64,000 bases of DNA from positions 162,840 to 226,839 of the forward strand of contig NZ_JAAVIY010000002.1 in assembly GCF_014748335.1 (NCBI RefSeq), given 5' to 3'. The notes beneath the pieces were generated by a model. That model worked only from the letters and a program-made list of their open reading frames with translations, was not told the origin of the DNA and did not search any database. This DNA comes from Flavobacterium selenitireducens (GTDB taxonomy: Bacteria; Bacteroidota; Bacteroidia; Flavobacteriales; Flavobacteriaceae). Below, in pieces: positions 35,084 through 44,114 of this stretch (positions are counted from its first letter, which is position 1; every line of letters starts with the position of its first letter). The position numbers and the translations under genes are program-made.

Positions 35084-35824
35084 ATGTTCGGAAAAAATAT
35101 AAAAAAGATCAGAAGCGTCCATGGTTTGAGCCAACAACAATTCGCTGAAATGTTCGACCTCAAGCGGGCCACGCTCGGCGCTTATGAAGAAGGACGCAGC
35201 AATCCGAAAATGGACACGGTAATTAAAATTGCCAATCACTTCACGCTTGATATTGAAGAACTGCTCACAAAGGAACTTACGGTAAACCGGCTGTTGCGCT
35301 TCAACGAAACCATTACGACGAGTTCGGTTAAATCCCAGGATTCGGTTTTTGAGGGAATTCCTTGCGTAACTAAAGAAAATAAAGACGCGTTCCTGGACTC
35401 GCTGATCAGCCCAACCCGGATTGCGTTGCCGATGATTTTCCTGCCGTTTACGACTCCGACGGACAAAACCGCTTTCGTGGTCGAGGATGCCACGATGTCC
35501 GCCGGTCCGCTTCCGCTGCTCCCGAAAGACACCGTCATTGGGGAAAAGGTAGAACTCAACGATCTCGGCATGGCATCGGGTAAATTGGCGGTCGTTGCCA
35601 CGAAAGGACAACTGCTGTTGCGCAAGATGACGGTCTCCGGCAATTCGGTCGCGCTTCAGGCTTCTCAACCTGGCATCGACGCGATTGAAATCCCGATGTC
35701 GTCCTTGTCTGCCGTTTGGCTGGTCAGGCATGTTTTCCACTACAATCTCCCCTCAGAAAACGAAGTAGAAAAAAGATTGGCTGCTTTGGAAGATGCTCTG
35801 GCCAATCTCGCTGGAAAACGGTAG
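35084..35824 (+). CDS. XRE-family HTH regulator with C-terminal LexA/S24-peptidase-like domain
   Basis: The N-terminal HTH is MFGKNIKKIRSVHGLSQQQFAEMFDLKRATLGAYEEGRSNP. The C-terminal beta-domain has VVEDATMSAGPL...GEKVEL...GQLLLRKMT, resembling the S24 Ser and Lys regions. The ORF-track start at 35054 is probably 10 codons too early, so the start was moved to the Met immediately preceding the HTH. Confidence 0.75.
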   Translation: MFGKNIKKIRSVHGLSQQQFAEMFDLKRATLGAYEEGRSNPKMDTVIKIANHFTLDIEELLTKELTVNRLLRFNETITTSSVKSQDSVFEGIPCVTKENKDAFLDSLISPTRIALPMIFLPFTTPTDKTAFVVEDATMSAGPLPLLPKDTVIGEKVELNDLGMASGKLAVVATKGQLLLRKMTVSGNSVALQASQPGIDAIEIPMSSLSAVWLVRHVFHYNLPSENEVEKRLAALEDALANLAGKR

Positions 35825-35844
35825 TTTCCGGCACAAATAAAAAA

Positions 35845-35867
35845 ATCCGGAGAAAGACTCCGGATTG
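35845..35867. terminator. Terminator hairpin between the regulator gene and tRNA-Arg
   Basis: ATCCGGAGaaagaCTCCGGAT preceded by an A-run, and followed on the minus strand by a T-run. Confidence 0.5.
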
Positions 35868-35872
35868 CTATG

Positions 35873-35944
35873 TAGCCCCGCCAAGAATCGAACTTGGATC
35901 AAAAGTTTAGGAAACTCCCATTCTATCCGTTGAACTACGAGGCC
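35873..35944 (-). tRNA. tRNA-Arg (anticodon CCT)
   Basis: The reverse complement folds as a 72-nt cloverleaf: GGCCUCG UA GUUC AACGGAUA GAAU G GGAGU UUCCUAA ACUUU UGAU CCAAG UUCGAUU CUUGG CGGGGCU A. The T-arm has GTTCGATTC and the anticodon loop is UU-CCU-AA. CCA is not encoded. Confidence 0.8.
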
Positions 35945-36100
35945 AAAATGTAGGCGGCAAATATACAAAACAAATTTAGTCACATAATGCGGATTTTACC
36001 CGTGTAGCGATCGAATTCGACTGTTGAGGTAAAAATTCCCGAACAAATTAAATGTTGCCTAAAAAATGGCGAAGTATCTAAATTGTTTACAATAAAAAAA

Positions 36101-36122
36101 AGCCATCCGATGTGGATGGCTT
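36101..36122 (-). terminator. Terminator hairpin downstream of tRNA-Asn
   Basis: AGCCATCCgatgtGGATGGCT preceded on the plus strand by AAAAAAAA, which gives a U-tract on the minus strand. Confidence 0.5.
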
Positions 36123-36130
36123 TCTGTTTG

Positions 36131-36204
36131 CTCCCCCTCTTGGGCTCGAACCAAGGACCCTCTGATTAACAGTCAGATGCTCTAACCAACTGAGCTAAGG
36201 AGGA
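36131..36204 (-). tRNA. tRNA-Asn (anticodon GTT)
   Basis: The reverse complement folds as a 74-nt cloverleaf: UCCUCCU UA GCUC AGUUGGUUA GAGC A UCUGA CUGUUAA UCAGA GGGUC CUUGG UUCGAGC CCAAG AGGGGGA G. All four stems are canonical. Confidence 0.9.
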
Positions 36205-36287
36205 AGATGTTATATCTTTTAAGCGGTTGCAAAGATAAAACGAAAAACGAGTCTTGCAAACAAATTTCAAGAAAAAATCAAGAAATT

Positions 36288-37634
36288 TTACTGTCGGACG
36301 ATCGCTTTGTAAATGTCGTTTCCGTTGGCGAACAATAACAATCCGATTAACAGCACAAAACCAGTCATTTGCGCATATTCCATGAATTTGTCGCTCGGTT
36401 TGCGTCTCGTGATCATTTCGTAGAGCAGGAACATGACGTGGCCTCCGTCAAGCGCAGGAATCGGCAAAAGGTTCATTACGCCAAGCATGATTGAAAGCAC
36501 GGCCGTGATATTCCAGAAGTTCTCCCAAACCCATTCGTCAGGGAAAATGTTGAAGATCGCATAAAAACCGCCGACCGATTTGATTGCGCCCGTTTCAGGA
36601 TTCGCAATCGCTTTTAACTGCGACCAATAACGAACCAATCTTTCTTTTCCTTTATTGATTCCGATTGGGATCGACTCGAAAAAGCCATATTGTTCGCGTT
36701 GGAACTTATAGTAACCAAGACGCTCGAGATTGCGCTCTTCCAACTGGGCGATGCCAACGCCCAATTTCCCTTCAGAACTCACGTGAACGGCAATCGGAGT
36801 TTCTTTCTCGTCACGGATTACCGTCGCAGGCACCGTTTTTCCGGCCAATGGCGCAAGCATGCCTTTCAACTGGTCAAAATAACGAAGTGGCTGGCCGTTT
36901 ATAGACGTAACCACGTCTCCGGACTTTAGTATTTCTTTGTTTTTCGATTTCTCGTCGATCGCGCCAACGGCAAACGGCATACGCAAAGCAACGGCTCCTC
37001 TTACATCAGACGACGTAACCTGGTCGATAAGGTTTACAGGCATCGTCAACTCTTGCTGCTGGCCGTTTCTTTCTACCGTCACGGTTTTGGAAAGGATGAC
37101 AAGCTCGTTGATTCCACCATCGAATTTGTTGACGGGACTCCCATTGATCGCGACGATCTTATCTCCGGTTTTCAATCCCGCTTTTTCCAAAACTGGATTT
37201 ACCACCCAAACGCCGTCTTTCAAATCGGAATTGTTCACGTAAAAATCGCCGTAAGCAAACGCGATCCCGATGTAGATCAAAAACGCCAGGATAAAGTTTA
37301 CCGTAACGCCTCCGAGCATGATGATCAATCGCTGCCAGGCTGGTTTTGATCGGAATTCCCAAGGCTCGGGATCTTTCGCCATTTGTTCGGTGTCCATGCT
37401 TTCGTCTATCATTCCCGAGATTTTGACGTATCCGCCAAGCGGCAACCATCCGATACCATAAACCGTTTCCCCAACTTTTTTCTTGAACAGCGAAAACTTG
37501 ACGTCAAAGAACAGATAGAATTTTTCGACACGCGTCTTAAACAACTTTGCCGGTATGAAATGCCCGAGTTCGTGCAAAATGATGAGCAGTGAAAGGCTCA
37601 GCAAAAACTGGGAAAGCTTGATTACGATATCCAT
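36288..37634 (-). CDS. rseP: RIP zinc metalloprotease RseP (site-2 protease)
   Basis: HELGHF (HExxH) lies in the first TM helix, followed by PDZ domains and an LDGG motif near the C-terminus. The likely start is MDIVIKL at 37634, which is 14 codons downstream of the ORF-track start. Confidence 0.9.
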   Translation of the reverse strand: MDIVIKLSQFLLSLSLLIILHELGHFIPAKLFKTRVEKFYLFFDVKFSLFKKKVGETVYGIGWLPLGGYVKISGMIDESMDTEQMAKDPEPWEFRSKPAWQRLIIMLGGVTVNFILAFLIYIGIAFAYGDFYVNNSDLKDGVWVVNPVLEKAGLKTGDKIVAINGSPVNKFDGGINELVILSKTVTVERNGQQQELTMPVNLIDQVTSSDVRGAVALRMPFAVGAIDEKSKNKEILKSGDVVTSINGQPLRYFDQLKGMLAPLAGKTVPATVIRDEKETPIAVHVSSEGKLGVGIAQLEERNLERLGYYKFQREQYGFFESIPIGINKGKERLVRYWSQLKAIANPETGAIKSVGGFYAIFNIFPDEWVWENFWNITAVLSIMLGVMNLLPIPALDGGHVMFLLYEMITRRKPSDKFMEYAQMTGFVLLIGLLLFANGNDIYKAIVRQ

Positions 37635-37793
37635 TGTAACTATTGAATTTGGGCAAAAATAGTGTTTTCTGAACAACAGCCTAACAGACGCTATATATTG
37701 AACTGGTAAATGTTTGTTAATAGTTCCAAGCGTTCACAGCGTGAGGTTTAAATTTACGGATGAACATCTTGTTCGCTAAAAATCAGATCAAAC

Positions 37794-38837
37794 ATGCAAC
37801 AAATCTCCACGGCCTTGCTGTCTTATGGAATGTCCGGCAAAATTTTCCACGCGCCTTTTCTCGAATTGCATCCCGGTTTTGAACTGGTCGGATGCTGGGA
37901 ACGTTCGCGCAAGCTCATCCAGGAAGATTATCCGATGGTCAAAAGTTACGCAAGCCTTGAGGAGGTGCTTTCCGATGAATCCGTGGAGCTTGTGATCGTC
38001 AACACGCCTACTGAAACCCATTTTGAATACGCCAAGGCCGCGCTGGAAGCGGGAAAGCACGTTCTCGTCGAAAAGGCATTTACTGCGACGGTGGCCGAAG
38101 CCGAAGAACTAAAAGAAATTGCAACTGAGAAAAACCGCAAGATCGCAGTGTTCCAAAACCGTCGTTACGACAGCGATTTCAAGACCGTAAAAGATATTTT
38201 CGACAAGGAAATCCTCGGCGAAACCGTAGAAGCGGAATTTCATTTTGACCGATACAACCCGAATCTAAGCCCGAAACCACATAAAGAAGTGCGCTCCGGC
38301 GGATCTGGAATCTTAAAAGATCTCGGATCACATATTATCGACCAGGCGTTGTTCTTGTTTGGGTTTCCCGAAGGTTTGTTTGCCGATGTCAGAAGCACAC
38401 GCGAAAATTCCGTTGTAGACGACTGGTTCGACATCACGCTGTTTTATCCGAAGTTCCGCGTGCGTTTGAAAGCAAGTTATTTCGTACGGGAATCGCTTCC
38501 GGCTTACGTGATCCACGGAAAAAAAGGCTCGTTCATCAAAAGCCGCGGAGATGTCCAGGAAGACGAGCTTAAAACAGGGAAAAAACCGATGGTTACCGAT
38601 TGGGGCAAAGAACCCGACTTCAAAAAAGGCGTGCTCAACACGGAAATCGAAGGAGAGGAAGTGCGCGAACACGTCCCGACGATCCCGGGCAATTACTATC
38701 ATTTCTTTGACGATCTCTACCACGCGGTCAAGAAAAACAAACCGCTTCCGGTCTCTGCCGAGGACGGAATCAAGACGATGCGCATCATCGAAGCCGCAAT
38801 CGAGAGTGCATCCGACAAAAAATACATACACTTCTAA
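37794..38837 (+). CDS. Gfo/Idh/MocA-family NAD(P)-dependent oxidoreductase
   Basis: N-terminal Rossmann region (LSYGMSGKIFHAPF) and an EKAF motif (HVLVEKAFTAT). The product is 347 aa. Confidence 0.85.
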   Translation: MQQISTALLSYGMSGKIFHAPFLELHPGFELVGCWERSRKLIQEDYPMVKSYASLEEVLSDESVELVIVNTPTETHFEYAKAALEAGKHVLVEKAFTATVAEAEELKEIATEKNRKIAVFQNRRYDSDFKTVKDIFDKEILGETVEAEFHFDRYNPNLSPKPHKEVRSGGSGILKDLGSHIIDQALFLFGFPEGLFADVRSTRENSVVDDWFDITLFYPKFRVRLKASYFVRESLPAYVIHGKKGSFIKSRGDVQEDELKTGKKPMVTDWGKEPDFKKGVLNTEIEGEEVREHVPTIPGNYYHFFDDLYHAVKKNKPLPVSAEDGIKTMRIIEAAIESASDKKYIHF

Positions 38838-38851
38838 ACCATACAGAATCA

Positions 38852-39799
38852 ATGGAAAAAAGACAACTGGGACAATCCGACCTTCACATCGCACCGATCG
38901 TTTTCGGCGGCAATGTTTTCGGATGGACTATAGATGAAAAAACGTCGTTCGAACTTCTCGATGCCTTCACCGGCGCGGGTTTTAACGCAATTGACACAGC
39001 CGACGTCTATTCGCGCTGGGCCGACGGAAACTCCGGTGGCGAATCTGAAAAGGTCATCGGGAACTGGCTCAAATCACGCAAGAATCGGGATTCGGTCGTC
39101 ATCGCCACAAAGGTCGGAAGCGACATGGGCGAAGGGAAATCGCTAAAAAAGGACTACATCTTAAAAGCCGCGGAGGCTTCACTCAAACGGCTCAACACCG
39201 ATTATATCGACCTTTATCAAACTCATTTCGACGATTTGGACACGCCGGTCGAAGAAACGCTTTCAGCCTACGATCAACTCGTAAAAGAAGGAAAGGTGCG
39301 TTGGATAGGCGCTTCCAACATGACTCCCGAACGGCTTTTGCAGTCGCTTGACGCGAGCCAGGTAAACGACTTTCCGATTTATCAGACGTTGCAGCCGCAC
39401 TACAATTTGTACGCCCGCGAACAGTACGAAAGCCAATACGAGCCACTTTGCCTCGGCCACGGTTTGGGCGTCATCACATATTTTTCGCTCGAAAGCGGAT
39501 TCCTTACCGGGAAATACCGCACGAAAGCCGATCTCGAGAAAAGTCCGAGAGGAGGCGACATGGACAAATATTTCGATACGCGCGGACTCAAGATTTTGTC
39601 CGCTCTCGATGAAGTCGCTTCGATTCACAACACAACGCCGGCCGCCGTCGCACTTGCGTGGCTGATCAAGCGACAATCGGTTACGGCACCCATCGCGAGC
39701 GCCACGAGCCTCGACCAACTCAAAAGCATAATCGCCGCCCCTAAATTGGAGCTCGTCGCCGACGAAATCGGCCAATTGAATGCAGCAAGTTTTTGGTAA
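38852..39799 (+). CDS. Aldo/keto reductase
   Basis: The N-terminal IVFGGNVFGW...DTADVY, the IATK motif and the length (315 aa) are typical of the AKR family. Confidence 0.88.
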   Translation: MEKRQLGQSDLHIAPIVFGGNVFGWTIDEKTSFELLDAFTGAGFNAIDTADVYSRWADGNSGGESEKVIGNWLKSRKNRDSVVIATKVGSDMGEGKSLKKDYILKAAEASLKRLNTDYIDLYQTHFDDLDTPVEETLSAYDQLVKEGKVRWIGASNMTPERLLQSLDASQVNDFPIYQTLQPHYNLYAREQYESQYEPLCLGHGLGVITYFSLESGFLTGKYRTKADLEKSPRGGDMDKYFDTRGLKILSALDEVASIHNTTPAAVALAWLIKRQSVTAPIASATSLDQLKSIIAAPKLELVADEIGQLNAASFW

Positions 39800-40765
39800 A
39801 TGAGAGTTTTCATCACAAGACAATTTCCGAAATCCGGTCTCGCGCTTTTTGAAAAAGCAGGGATCGAGGTAGAACAATGGACCGAAAATCGCGACCTGAC
39901 ACAGGAAGAGCTTATCGCAAAATGCAAAAATGCCGACGCTTTACTGGCCGCCGGACGCATCGAACTCAATGCAAAATTTCTTGAGACGTGCCAACATCTT
40001 AAGGTGATTTCGTTGTTTTCGGTCGGATATGACAATGTTGATATGGAAAAAGCCGATGAACTCGGAATTCCCGTTGGACACACGCCGGGCGTCTTGAGCA
40101 AAGCCACTGCCGATACCGCGTTCCTGTTGATGCAGGCGACGGCGCGAAAGGCGTTTCATCATCACAAAAGGATCGCAAAAGGCGACTGGGAATTTTTCGA
40201 TCCGCTTCAGGATTTGGGTCAGGAATTACAAGGAAAGACGCTTGGTATTTTTGGGCTTGGGAACATCGGATATGAAATGGCGAAGTCGTCCAAAGGCGCG
40301 TTCGATATGGAAATTTTATACCATAACAGAAGCGCGAATGAAAAAGCCGAATCCGAATTGGGCGCGAAAAAAGTCCCGTTTGACGAACTGCTTGAGAATA
40401 GCGACGTGATTTCGGTCCACGCCAATCTTTCAGAAGAAACCGAAGGCGTTTTCGATGCCGATGCTTTTGCCAAAATGAAACCGACCGCGATTTTCGTGAA
40501 CATTGCAAGAGGCCCGATCCACAGACAATCTGACCTGAAAAAAGCGCTCGAAAGCGGCGAGATATGGGGCGCCGGTCTCGACGTCACCGATCCCGAACCA
40601 ATGGACAAAGACGACGAACTTCTCGATTTTCCGAATGTTTGTGTCTTGCCCCACATCGGATCCTCCACGTTTGAAACGCGCAACGCCATGGCTGAACTTT
40701 CCGCACGCAACGCCATAGCCGGACTAAGAAACGAACCTTTGCCTGCCCGGGTAAAGCCTGATTGA
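39800..40765 (+). CDS. D-isomer-specific 2-hydroxyacid dehydrogenase (glyoxylate/hydroxypyruvate reductase-like)
   Basis: GxGxxG (GIFGLGNIGYEMA) and the catalytic region (ARGPIHRQSDL...LDVTDPEP...LPHIGSST). The start codon directly follows the upstream stop. Confidence 0.88.
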   Translation: MRVFITRQFPKSGLALFEKAGIEVEQWTENRDLTQEELIAKCKNADALLAAGRIELNAKFLETCQHLKVISLFSVGYDNVDMEKADELGIPVGHTPGVLSKATADTAFLLMQATARKAFHHHKRIAKGDWEFFDPLQDLGQELQGKTLGIFGLGNIGYEMAKSSKGAFDMEILYHNRSANEKAESELGAKKVPFDELLENSDVISVHANLSEETEGVFDADAFAKMKPTAIFVNIARGPIHRQSDLKKALESGEIWGAGLDVTDPEPMDKDDELLDFPNVCVLPHIGSSTFETRNAMAELSARNAIAGLRNEPLPARVKPD

Positions 40766-40798
40766 TACCACAACTGCTAAACTAAAACAACCACCACA

Positions 40799-41311
40799 AT
40801 GAAACCACACACTTTCACTTTCAACGACGACGGGAAAATCCCGAACAGTCAATTGCCGTTGCTTTACTACAAAGGCGTTTTTGCCGAAGACTTCATCGAC
40901 GCAGACGCGATCATTGCGCATTTTCGCGATTTCGGATGGAAGAATGCCTGGAAAAACGGCGTTTATGACTATCACCATTATCACAGCATCACACATGAAG
41001 TCATCGGGATTTACCAGGGAAATGCGATTTTGCAATTCGGAGGTGAACACGGGGAGCAATTGCCCGTCGAAGCAGGAGATGTCGTCGTTATTCCCGCGGG
41101 AGTCGGCCGTAAAAGAATTTCGCAATCGGACGATTTTGCGGTCGTAGGCGCCTATCCTGACGGTTGTGACTACGACATCATGAGAGGAGAACCCGGAGAG
41201 CGCCCGAAAGCCGATGAAAACATCGCGAATGTCCCGATGCCCGAAAGCGATCCGGTCTACGGAAAAGCACACGGGCTGCTCGAAGTTTGGAGCCTCGAAT
41301 TGGCGAATTGA
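40799..41311 (+). CDS. Cupin-domain protein
   Basis: A 170-aa product. The His-rich beta-barrel motif (HHYHSITHEVIGIYQG...GDVVVIPAGVG) matches the cupin metal-binding pattern. Confidence 0.7.
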   Translation: MKPHTFTFNDDGKIPNSQLPLLYYKGVFAEDFIDADAIIAHFRDFGWKNAWKNGVYDYHHYHSITHEVIGIYQGNAILQFGGEHGEQLPVEAGDVVVIPAGVGRKRISQSDDFAVVGAYPDGCDYDIMRGEPGERPKADENIANVPMPESDPVYGKAHGLLEVWSLELAN

Positions 41312-41341
41312 CCGAATAGCCACAATTTAACCGCGGACAAA

Positions 41342-42124
41342 ATGGATTTGCAATTACAAAATAAAACAGCGCTTGTCACCGGATCAACCTCCGGAATTGG
41401 CTTTGCCACGGCCAGGTCGCTACTCAGGGAAGGCGCGACTGTTTTTTTGAACGGACGCAGTCAAAAAGGTATCGACACCGCCATAGAACGCCTCAAGCAG
41501 GAAAATCCGGATGCTCGGGTGGATGGAATTGCGTGCGACTTTTCTAAAAAAGACGAAATAGACGCGCTGTTACACCGATTGCCCCAGGTAGATATCCTGG
41601 TCAATAACGTCGGGATTTTTGAGCCCGTACCGTTTGCGGACATTGAAGACGAAGACTGGTTTCGGTTTTTTGAAGTCAACGTGATGAGCGGCGTGCGCCT
41701 GTCGCGCAGGTATTTTCCGAAAATGCTGGAACAAAACTGGGGACGGATCATTTTCGTGTCGAGCGAAAGCGCACTCAACATTCCGCAGGAAATGATACAC
41801 TACGGCATGACCAAGACGGCCCAACTGGCTATTTCCAGAGGTTTGGCCCAATTGACCAAAGCGTCCGGCGTGACAGTAAACAGCGTCTTACCCGGCCCGA
41901 CGGCTTCTGAGGGCCTGACCGACTTTATCGACCTCGACGAAGACAACAGGGCAAAAAAAGAAAAGGAATTTTTCGACCATGACCGGCCTACGTCTCTATT
42001 GCGGCGCTTTGCGGAACCCGAAGAAATCGCGAGTATGATCGTGTATCTCGCAAGCCCGTTGGCATCTGCAACGAACGGCACTTCGGTGCGCGTAGACGGT
42101 GGCCTGGTCACGACCATCGCATAA
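41342..42124 (+). CDS. SDR-family short-chain dehydrogenase/reductase
   Basis: TGSTSGIGFA (TGxxxGxG), NNVG, and the S...Y..xK catalytic arrangement (SSESAL...YGMTK). Confidence 0.88.
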   Translation: MDLQLQNKTALVTGSTSGIGFATARSLLREGATVFLNGRSQKGIDTAIERLKQENPDARVDGIACDFSKKDEIDALLHRLPQVDILVNNVGIFEPVPFADIEDEDWFRFFEVNVMSGVRLSRRYFPKMLEQNWGRIIFVSSESALNIPQEMIHYGMTKTAQLAISRGLAQLTKASGVTVNSVLPGPTASEGLTDFIDLDEDNRAKKEKEFFDHDRPTSLLRRFAEPEEIASMIVYLASPLASATNGTSVRVDGGLVTTIA

Positions 42125-42167
42125 CGTCTGAAAACAAACAACAGGTCGCGAATAGCCTGAAAAAAAA

Positions 42168-42198
42168 ACCGCTGTTTTGATGCAGCGGTTTTTTTTAT
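42168..42198. terminator. Bidirectional rho-independent terminator
   Basis: AAAAAAAAACCGCTGttttgatgCAGCGGTTTTTTTT between convergent genes. Confidence 0.65.
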
Positions 42199-42206
42199 AA
42201 CGAAAT

Positions 42207-44114
42207 TTATTCCTTCACAAATTTAAAAGTTCGGTTTCCCTTATCGGAATAAACCGTGAGGAAATGAACGCCGGATTTCAAATTCGAGACGTTGACTTCG
42301 GCCGAACCCGTTTCCAGGACTTGCTGCCCGAGCGGATTCGTAACGATTACCTTTTGGAGCGTGGCGTCTAAAGGCAGGTTGACGGTCAGTTGGTCTTTCG
42401 CCGGGTTCGGATAGATGTTCGCACCCGCCAATGTCGCGAAATTCGCCACTCCCAACGAAGCGTTGCTGTCTCGGGAAATGATGTGGCGTTCGGGATCGAA
42501 TTGCACCGAAGTTACCGTAAACGGGACAGCCATATCGAACGTTTGGCCGTTGACGGTATTTTGCAACACGAGATCCATTTGCTGGCCGCCGCTTCCGAAA
42601 ACGCGAACAGGAACAGGCATTTCGAAAAAATTCACCGAAAAATGCGATTGCGTTTGATTGACCGTAAACCTGTAAATCCCATTTCCCCAATTCGCCGCTG
42701 TGATCGTATAGATCGGATATCCTTGCCGGTACACCCAATCCTGAAAAAATCCGTCGAGATCCTGGCCCGAAACTGCTTCAAGGTGCGTTTGGAGATCGTT
42801 CGTAACGGCATAATCGTATGCGAGATTGGGATCTGCCAAATAATTTCGCAGCGCCTGATAAAAGTTGGCGTCCCCGAGTTTCCAGCGCAGCATTTCAAGC
42901 ACCATTGCGCCTTTGCTGTAACTGAGTCGGCTGCTGAAAATGCGTCCGACGTTGAGCGCTTCGGCATCGGTAAGATAAACCGCTCCGCCGTTGGAAGAGG
43001 TAATGAAATCGATATTTTCCGCTTTCCAGTCGATGAATTGCGGCAGCCCGTCGAGGTGTTCCACGGTCAACCCGGACAGGTAGGTCGCGAAACCTTCGTT
43101 TAGCCAAATGTCTTTCCAGGAGCCGCATGTCACTTTGTCGCCAAACCATTGATGGCCGAGCTCGTGTGCTATGAGGTCGCGGCTGAAATTGGCCATGAAC
43201 GAAACGGTTGTGTGCTCCATCCCGCCGCCCCAACCGAATTGTGCGTGACCGTATTTTTCGTCAGAAAACGGATAAGTCTCGAATAGCTCTTCGTATAAAT
43301 CCATAATGGCCGGCGTTGCTCCATAACCGTCCTGCGCATCGGCAAAATCTTCGGGATACACGTAATTGACGATAGGAAATTCGTTTGGAGGCGAACCCGC
43401 GTTGAGTGTAAACACTTGATAATTGGTGATTGCGATTGCGATCAGATACGCCGGAATGGGATAACCGTGATGAAAATGCGTCGTCTTGCTTGCGCCCGAT
43501 GTCGTTTGCCCGACTTCCAAACCGTTGGAAACACTTACATATTGGCTCGGAGCAGTGATAAAAACGTCAATACTGTCTACTTTGTCGTTGAGATCCTGCT
43601 TGCACGGCCACCAATCGCGTGCGCCAAACGGTTCCGATAGCGTAAACATAGCCGGAACGCCATTGTGGGAGGTTGTGTTGAAGCCTTGCTCACCGAATGC
43701 CGGTTCCCCTGAGTAGATGATTTCCACGGTTGCCGATGTTCCCGCGGCTTGAACCGATGGCAATGTAATGATCAATTCCTCGTTGTTTTGGGCGAACGCC
43801 AGGTTGGTCGCGCCTTTTTTTACCGAGCTTACATTGAGTTGTTCGGTGAGGTCGAAGTGAATGGTGCTCATGTTCGACAAAGCGGTGAACGTGGTCGTGA
43901 CTTTCCCGGAGATAAAATATTCGGCAGGGTCGATCGTAAACTCCAGTTTGTGATAAGTGATGTCGTAATTCTGGGTGTTCGGGTTGACCTGTACGGACAT
44001 CAGGCTTTCGGCCGATTTCATCTCTGATTCGGCAATGCGGGCCAAACTTCCCGTGGGGCTTTGTCCGAACGCCGAAACCGCAACCAAAATCGACAATAAG
44101 TAAATCTTCGTCAT
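42207..44114 (-). CDS. M1-family zinc aminopeptidase with type-A T9SS C-terminal sorting domain
   Basis: HELGHQWFG followed 18 aa later by NEGFATY (HExxH-x18-E), and a GAMEN-like motif (GGMEHT). Signal peptide MTKIYLLSILVAVSAFGQ. The C-terminal approximately 80 aa (ANIYPNPAKDQLTVNL...GVHFLTVYS) fit the T9SS sorting domain. The start was moved to 44114, because the ORF-track start lies 60 codons upstream and lacks a signal peptide. Confidence 0.88.
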   Translation of the reverse strand: MTKIYLLSILVAVSAFGQSPTGSLARIAESEMKSAESLMSVQVNPNTQNYDITYHKLEFTIDPAEYFISGKVTTTFTALSNMSTIHFDLTEQLNVSSVKKGATNLAFAQNNEELIITLPSVQAAGTSATVEIIYSGEPAFGEQGFNTTSHNGVPAMFTLSEPFGARDWWPCKQDLNDKVDSIDVFITAPSQYVSVSNGLEVGQTTSGASKTTHFHHGYPIPAYLIAIAITNYQVFTLNAGSPPNEFPIVNYVYPEDFADAQDGYGATPAIMDLYEELFETYPFSDEKYGHAQFGWGGGMEHTTVSFMANFSRDLIAHELGHQWFGDKVTCGSWKDIWLNEGFATYLSGLTVEHLDGLPQFIDWKAENIDFITSSNGGAVYLTDAEALNVGRIFSSRLSYSKGAMVLEMLRWKLGDANFYQALRNYLADPNLAYDYAVTNDLQTHLEAVSGQDLDGFFQDWVYRQGYPIYTITAANWGNGIYRFTVNQTQSHFSVNFFEMPVPVRVFGSGGQQMDLVLQNTVNGQTFDMAVPFTVTSVQFDPERHIISRDSNASLGVANFATLAGANIYPNPAKDQLTVNLPLDATLQKVIVTNPLGQQVLETGSAEVNVSNLKSGVHFLTVYSDKGNRTFKFVKE

